A stretch of DNA of 37,759 nucleotides from the IMG/VR virus record IMGVR_UViG_3300035670_000636, positions 1-37,759 of that record, one strand, 5' to 3'. This document shows positions 33,142 through 37,759 of this stretch, piece after piece (position 1 is the stretch's first letter; every line of letters begins with the position of its first letter). Below the pieces are notes generated by a model, which was not told the DNA's origin, did not search any database, and was given only the letters and a program-made list of their open reading frames with translations. The DNA comes from a virus (Duplodnaviria; Caudoviricetes). A program made the translations under genes and the position numbers.

Positions 33142-35046
33142 TTAATTCGACGCCGCTGCAGCGGGTACACCGCGCAGGATCTGCAGAACGCCCGATTCAG
33201 CGGCCGATAACGGCTGGCCTGCTTGAACCCGACGCTCGAGGATTTGAATAAGCCGCTGGGGATCTTGTAAAGCCTCCGCAAGCGCACGATCGCGGTGGGT
33301 GTTAGCCCAATCCATCGCCTTGTCGAGCGTGCCCTTGGCGATCGCTCCAGCCGGGCCACCGGCCATTCCGGCCACCGCATCACCCACCCTGCTCGCAGCC
33401 TTGGCCGCAAACTGATCAGATGCCGTGTTAGAGCCGCCGCCGGCCGTGGCTGAACGCTTCACACCTTGCACTATGTTTTGAGCGCGTAGCGCCTCTAAAA
33501 CGGCCTCCAGACGGGCATTTGCTGTGGGGTCGATGACCAGGTCCTTGCGCGGACCACGCGCAGCGTCCATGGCGCGCCCAAGGCCTGCCTCGGTAATCTT
33601 TGGCACGTCACCAGCTGCGTCGGCGGTCACGCCACGCACGCGACCCGTGGATGCGTCGATAAACGAATCGCGCACCTTGCCGGCTGCCTGCGAAGAGCGC
33701 ACCAGGTCGGAGTCTCGAGCATAGGCACCGAGCACGTTTTGCCAACGGTTGCCGGTGGCGTTGTTCAGGATGTTGTCCACCTCACGCAGCACGCTCATGG
33801 TCGCTGGGGACTCGCGAGGTGCTGCCTGGTACGCGTTGGTCGGCACCAGGGGCGCTTTACTTGCCAGGTTGGCGCGGATCGTTGCCAGGTGCTCAGGCCG
33901 GAAGTCGTCGCCCAGGCGGTCGATCTCATCAGCCAGCTGCGTCAGCATGCTGCGCACTGCCGGGTTGCTGGCCTCGGGTGTGCGAGTGGCCAGCTCGAGG
34001 TTGTTGCGGAATCCAACCAGGTCGCGTGCAAACGCTGGCTCATTGATTGAGCCCATCGCCTGATCAAACAACACCTGGCGATTGTTTGAACGCATTGACC
34101 GGCGAACGCCGACGTCCTGCGCGCCGCGTGTTGCGGCCATCACTTCATCAGCGACAGCTTTTGCCTGCGCCTGGTCGAAGTCGTACCAATTGGCACCGTT
34201 ACGGGCCCGGCTACCGGCCTCCAGGCGCGCCAGCTGAGGATCGCGCAGCTGTGCAGCCGCGGACAGTGGAATCGCGCCTTGCTGGCCGCCTTGAGCGCGC
34301 AAGCGAGCGATTGTCTGTTGCAGCACTGCGTTGGAATCGGCTGCGCCCTCGGTGAGCTCGTCAGCGATCTGTGCGCCAGCTCTCGAGCGGCCGCCACCAG
34401 GTGCGACCATGTTGTAAACCTGACGCCCGCCTGCCATTGCCACAGGCGTCGCAGCACCAGCTGCCGCACCGAATGCTGCGTTAGTAGCCCGGCTTTCACC
34501 TTCTACGGTCGGGTTTAGCGCGCCAGAGACGGCACCGCCAATCGCGGCGTCAGCTGCCAGCGTAGCTGTGCCAAGCCTAGCCGGCCCTGCTGCTCCACGC
34601 ATCATGCCAAATGCTCGAGGGAGAGCTGTCGCGCCGCGCACGTAACCACCCACGGGAACTGCCATCAGCGGCATCGCCTCGCCGGTGGTCTGCAAGGCAG
34701 AGCCTACGGTTGGCATCCAGTCTGGCAGCGTCTTGGTGTCGGACGCCTCAGCGAGCGCTTTCTTCAAGACGCGCTTTTGTGCGACGTCGCGCTCGATGTC
34801 CTTCTTGTCGTCCTTGTCGGCAAAGAGCTGCTTCACGCCCGTCATGAACGTGTCGGCCCCGGCACCCATCTGAATCGCAGCACGCTCGTACCAGGGTTTA
34901 TCGGCCAGCGTCATGTTGGCCATCGTGCGCGCCATCCACTCTTGAGATGGAGGCGTGCCTTTACCCATACGGCGCATCAGCTCACTCTGCGTGATGCCTT
35001 CCGGTACGTTAGTTACTACAGTGCCATCGGGAAGTCGAACGTCCAT
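33142..35046 (-). CDS. Internal virion / DNA ejection protein
   Basis: 634 aa, Ala/Gly-rich, MDVRLPDGTVVTNVPEG N-terminus; position before the tail fibre. Confidence 0.6.
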   Translation of the reverse strand: MDVRLPDGTVVTNVPEGITQSELMRRMGKGTPPSQEWMARTMANMTLADKPWYERAAIQMGAGADTFMTGVKQLFADKDDKKDIERDVAQKRVLKKALAEASDTKTLPDWMPTVGSALQTTGEAMPLMAVPVGGYVRGATALPRAFGMMRGAAGPARLGTATLAADAAIGGAVSGALNPTVEGESRATNAAFGAAAGAATPVAMAGGRQVYNMVAPGGGRSRAGAQIADELTEGAADSNAVLQQTIARLRAQGGQQGAIPLSAAAQLRDPQLARLEAGSRARNGANWYDFDQAQAKAVADEVMAATRGAQDVGVRRSMRSNNRQVLFDQAMGSINEPAFARDLVGFRNNLELATRTPEASNPAVRSMLTQLADEIDRLGDDFRPEHLATIRANLASKAPLVPTNAYQAAPRESPATMSVLREVDNILNNATGNRWQNVLGAYARDSDLVRSSQAAGKVRDSFIDASTGRVRGVTADAAGDVPKITEAGLGRAMDAARGPRKDLVIDPTANARLEAVLEALRAQNIVQGVKRSATAGGGSNTASDQFAAKAASRVGDAVAGMAGGPAGAIAKGTLDKAMDWANTHRDRALAEALQDPQRLIQILERRVQAGQPLSAAESGVLQILRGVPAAAASN

Positions 35047-35055
35047 GATTTCCCT

Positions 35056-36189
35056 CTATTTTGGCAGACTGTTGAAGTCCACTAGCTTGCCATCGCCGCC
35101 GCGTCTGTTCGCATACGAAGGCAGAACATCCATCGGATTAATCTTGCGACGGTTGGCTAGGTCCGCGTAATACTGATCAAGGTCCTGCAAGCGCGTGCTA
35201 GAGCCGCCTAACAGGTTGCCGGCGACCTCTTGCATGGATTTGAGCTGCTGCGGCGTTAGGCGAGCACCGGTCTGCAACCTGGGCACCAGCTGCTGCAGCT
35301 GATCGGCCAGGCCTCGAGCATTCGCGATAAGCGCGTATTCAGACTCACGAACCACCGAGTCGGGGTCCAGCATCTTGCCAAAGGAGAAGATCAGCGCGAC
35401 CTGGCGCGTCGGATCTCGAGCGATCTGCGGGTCAGAAAGCATTTGAATGACGTTCTGCGCATGATTTGTACCCTCGCGCACTTTGTCGGCGCGCTTTAGG
35501 TATTCGTTGCGCAGCGTGTCAGCGGCTTTGTCCACTTTGCCGCCGGCGTTTGCTTCAGCAACGATGCGCTGTGTCTGAGCATTCATGGCCTGGATGCCAA
35601 GCCCCTGCTGCTGCAGGTTGAGCCCCATCAGGCGCAGCTGCTGCATTGTCTCGTCGTGCTTCCGCTGGGCCTCGATCCGATCGCGTGCTGTCTCGGCTGT
35701 CAGTGCCTGTTGCTCATAGGCCTTCGCCTGGTTTAAGAGCAAGGAAACCTGCTTGTCCTGCGCAACCTCTGGATCCTTGATGAACTGCCCGTTGTTGGTG
35801 ATCAGGCCGCCGCCCATCTTGATCGGGTCCTGCGAGCTGGCCGCAGTTTTCATGAACTGCTGCTGCAGCGGTGCAAAACCTTCGCCGGCGTACTGTGCCG
35901 CCAGGGCGTTGAGCATTGCCTGCTCGCCCTGTTGGCCGCGCTGCTGTGCAAATGCCTGCAGACCGGAGTAATCGAGCGGCTGCTCCATCATCTGCGTGGC
36001 TTTGCTGTACATGTCCGTGGCGCGGCCGCGCAACTTCTCGATCGTGTTGGGCAGCGCCGACTGACCAGGCTGGACCGTATTTGAAAGCGTGCCGCCAGGT
36101 GACTGCACCTTTCCAAGCGTGCGCTTTAAGAGGAGTCCGTTTTCACGCTGAACGTCCTCTTCGGGGTTATAAAAAGGGCTGTATTCCAT
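35056..36189 (-). CDS. Internal virion / DNA ejection protein
   Basis: Gln-rich helical protein with ALIFSFGKMLDPDSVVRESEY motif. Confidence 0.6.
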   Translation of the reverse strand: MEYSPFYNPEEDVQRENGLLLKRTLGKVQSPGGTLSNTVQPGQSALPNTIEKLRGRATDMYSKATQMMEQPLDYSGLQAFAQQRGQQGEQAMLNALAAQYAGEGFAPLQQQFMKTAASSQDPIKMGGGLITNNGQFIKDPEVAQDKQVSLLLNQAKAYEQQALTAETARDRIEAQRKHDETMQQLRLMGLNLQQQGLGIQAMNAQTQRIVAEANAGGKVDKAADTLRNEYLKRADKVREGTNHAQNVIQMLSDPQIARDPTRQVALIFSFGKMLDPDSVVRESEYALIANARGLADQLQQLVPRLQTGARLTPQQLKSMQEVAGNLLGGSSTRLQDLDQYYADLANRRKINPMDVLPSYANRRGGDGKLVDFNSLPK

Positions 36190-36190
36190 C

Positions 36191-36562
36191 TCAGGCCTCG
36201 TTGCCGTAGGTCGGCAAGTTGGCGTAGGGATCCATCATTGCCGGGTTGCTTGCCGGTGCTGCGCCCATGCGGCGGCGCTTGCGCATGTCCTCGAGGGCCT
36301 GGCGCTGGCGTTGATTGAACCCGGCCATGCTGGCATCCACGCCCCTTTGCTGCTGGCCGGCCATGTAGGCGGTGCCCATCTGCGCGATCGCCTGGCCGAT
36401 GCCTGGTGCCACGTAGTGCTTGCCAACCATCTGCCCTTCCATGGGCTTCATGGCGTTACCGCGCAGCGCATCGATCATCGCCTGCTTGCGCCTGAGTTCC
36501 TCCTGCTCGGGGCGCATTGCGCCCATCTGCAAGAGGTAATCGAACATGAGATCGTCATTCAT
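36191..36562 (-). CDS. Small internal virion protein
   Basis: GQMVGKHYVAP motif; ATGA coupling within the ejection-protein cluster. Confidence 0.6.
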   Translation of the reverse strand: MNDDLMFDYLLQMGAMRPEQEELRRKQAMIDALRGNAMKPMEGQMVGKHYVAPGIGQAIAQMGTAYMAGQQQRGVDASMAGFNQRQRQALEDMRKRRRMGAAPASNPAMMDPYANLPTYGNEA

Positions 36563-37632
36563 TGGAGGCCTCCGTAATCAACCATGAGGTAGCCATTGGC
36601 GTGGCGCTTGACCAGGTCAGGCCTTACCTGCTGAACCTCTTGTGCAATCACACCGCGTTGCGGCATTCCCATCATTGTGTAGTCGTAAATGCCCACGCCG
36701 ATCGCGTGCGTGCCCACGCGCTTGATGTTCGACTTGAGCCGGCGATCCGAGAACATGAACGCCGCCGAGCCCAGCTGCGCGCCGGCCCCGAGCAAGTTGC
36801 CAAAGGCAGCGTTTTGCGCGTTCACTGCGCCCAGCTGCGCGTCGTAGCCCATCTGCGTTGCGCCCAGGATGTTGGGCGTCTCAGCGCGACCAGATGACAC
36901 GAACGACGGCATCTGCGGCATGGCCACCTGCTGGCCACTGAGCAGCGCATTCATCTCATTGAGCGACATGCCGCGGCGCTGCATCTGCTCCGCAATCGCT
37001 TGCTGGCGTAGCTGGTTCTGATAATTCGCGTAGGTCTGGTTCAGCCCCTGCTGTTGTGCGCTGGCCTGGTTCATCGCATTCATGCGCGCCAAGTCAAGCG
37101 CAGAGGCCTGGCCCAGGGCCTGGTTCTGGAACTGCGCAGCGCCCATGTTCTGGTTGTAGCCAGTGTTCTGAGACTGCATCTGCATGTTGAACAAGCGCTG
37201 CGCCTCGTTGCCCGACTGATCCAAGGCGTTGAAGCGCTCCATCGATTGACGCTGGTTGAGCTCATCCAAGGCTCGCTTGTAGGCCTCAGAGCCTTGCGTA
37301 AAGCCCTGATTGGCGAGCCTGCTTTCAAGCTGCCGCTGCTGGTATTCGTGCGTCGGCTGCATGCGCTGCATCATCTGATCCGCAATCGTGTTGCGAAAGC
37401 CGGAGTCGATTTGCGGCACGTTGCCAAACGTGAACGCGGTCTGCAAGCCAGGCGTGTAGTCAGCGGCGCTGGTCGTCAGGTTTGCCGGAGCATTGACCTG
37501 CGCCATTTGAGGCAGCCCGGCATAGTCGAATGGCTTGGCGTACTCACTCTCGACGCGGTCCATGAACCCGCTCGCCAGCTGGCTGCGACCTACTTGGGTG
37601 TCGAGCTGATAATCGAGCGCATTCTGCAGGCT
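36559..37632 (-). CDS. 3' part of DNA pilot/ejection protein with C-terminal peptidase S74-like chaperone domain
   Basis: Gln/Asn-rich body; C-terminal FSDRRLKSNIKRVG...GVIAQEV...PDLV...GYLMVDY; true start at 219 across the junction. Confidence 0.8.
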   Translation of the reverse strand, partial: SLQNALDYQLDTQVGRSQLASGFMDRVESEYAKPFDYAGLPQMAQVNAPANLTTSAADYTPGLQTAFTFGNVPQIDSGFRNTIADQMMQRMQPTHEYQQRQLESRLANQGFTQGSEAYKRALDELNQRQSMERFNALDQSGNEAQRLFNMQMQSQNTGYNQNMGAAQFQNQALGQASALDLARMNAMNQASAQQQGLNQTYANYQNQLRQQAIAEQMQRRGMSLNEMNALLSGQQVAMPQMPSFVSSGRAETPNILGATQMGYDAQLGAVNAQNAAFGNLLGAGAQLGSAAFMFSDRRLKSNIKRVGTHAIGVGIYDYTMMGMPQRGVIAQEVQQVRPDLVKRHANGYLMVDYGGLQ

Positions 37633-37759
37633 CGGTGCCAGCGTGGTGTTTTGCGTCCACTGCGTAACTCGCTGGCCAGTTGCTGGATCAGTGACAGCCT
37701 GCGTATCCCAACTTTGCGAACCAAACGGCGTGTTGATCACCGGCCGATTGGCGTAGTTC
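37633..37759 (+). repeat. Terminal direct repeat, copy 2 (assembly overlap)
   Basis: Identical to 1-127. Confidence 0.97.

Larger units (their letters stand above)
1..37632. mobile_element. Complete temperate podovirus-like bacteriophage genome (circular assembly)
   Basis: Full set of packaging, head, tail, lysis, repressor/Cro, replication, recombination and integrase modules; terminal 127-bp duplication with a gene reading in frame across the junction; no host genes. Confidence 0.95.

Overview
The window is a complete, circularly assembled temperate tailed-phage genome of 37,632 bp. Positions 1-127 are repeated exactly at 37633-37759, and one gene is split across that junction. The morphology is podovirus-like (inferred: head-tail adaptor, tail-tube and ejection proteins, but no tape measure or sheath). 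The minus strand carries Cro, a primase-helicase, accessory genes, an iteron-like repeat array, TerS/TerL, portal, scaffold, capsid, tail and ejection proteins, tail fibres and a GH108 lysis cassette. The plus strand carries a CI-like repressor, Sak4/SSB/Cas4-like recombination genes, an HNH-HTH protein, a RuvC-like resolvase and a tyrosine integrase. The most unusual feature is that the single integrase is followed by two apparently complete attP sites 1,286 bp apart. Each has a 3' half of tRNA-Ser(CGA), an IHF site and arm-type repeats on both sides. Their tRNA variable arms differ in sequence yet are both perfectly paired, and they bracket a three-gene cassette. Other notable items are an 8-repeat S-layer-like (DUF4214-like) protein in the virion operon, a pre-toxin-like gene broken by a frameshift with a convergent partner ORF, a highly structured leader upstream of the capsid gene, and a 17-bp operator motif at five intergenic loci. 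Product calls rest on motif recognition and synteny only; no database searches were run.
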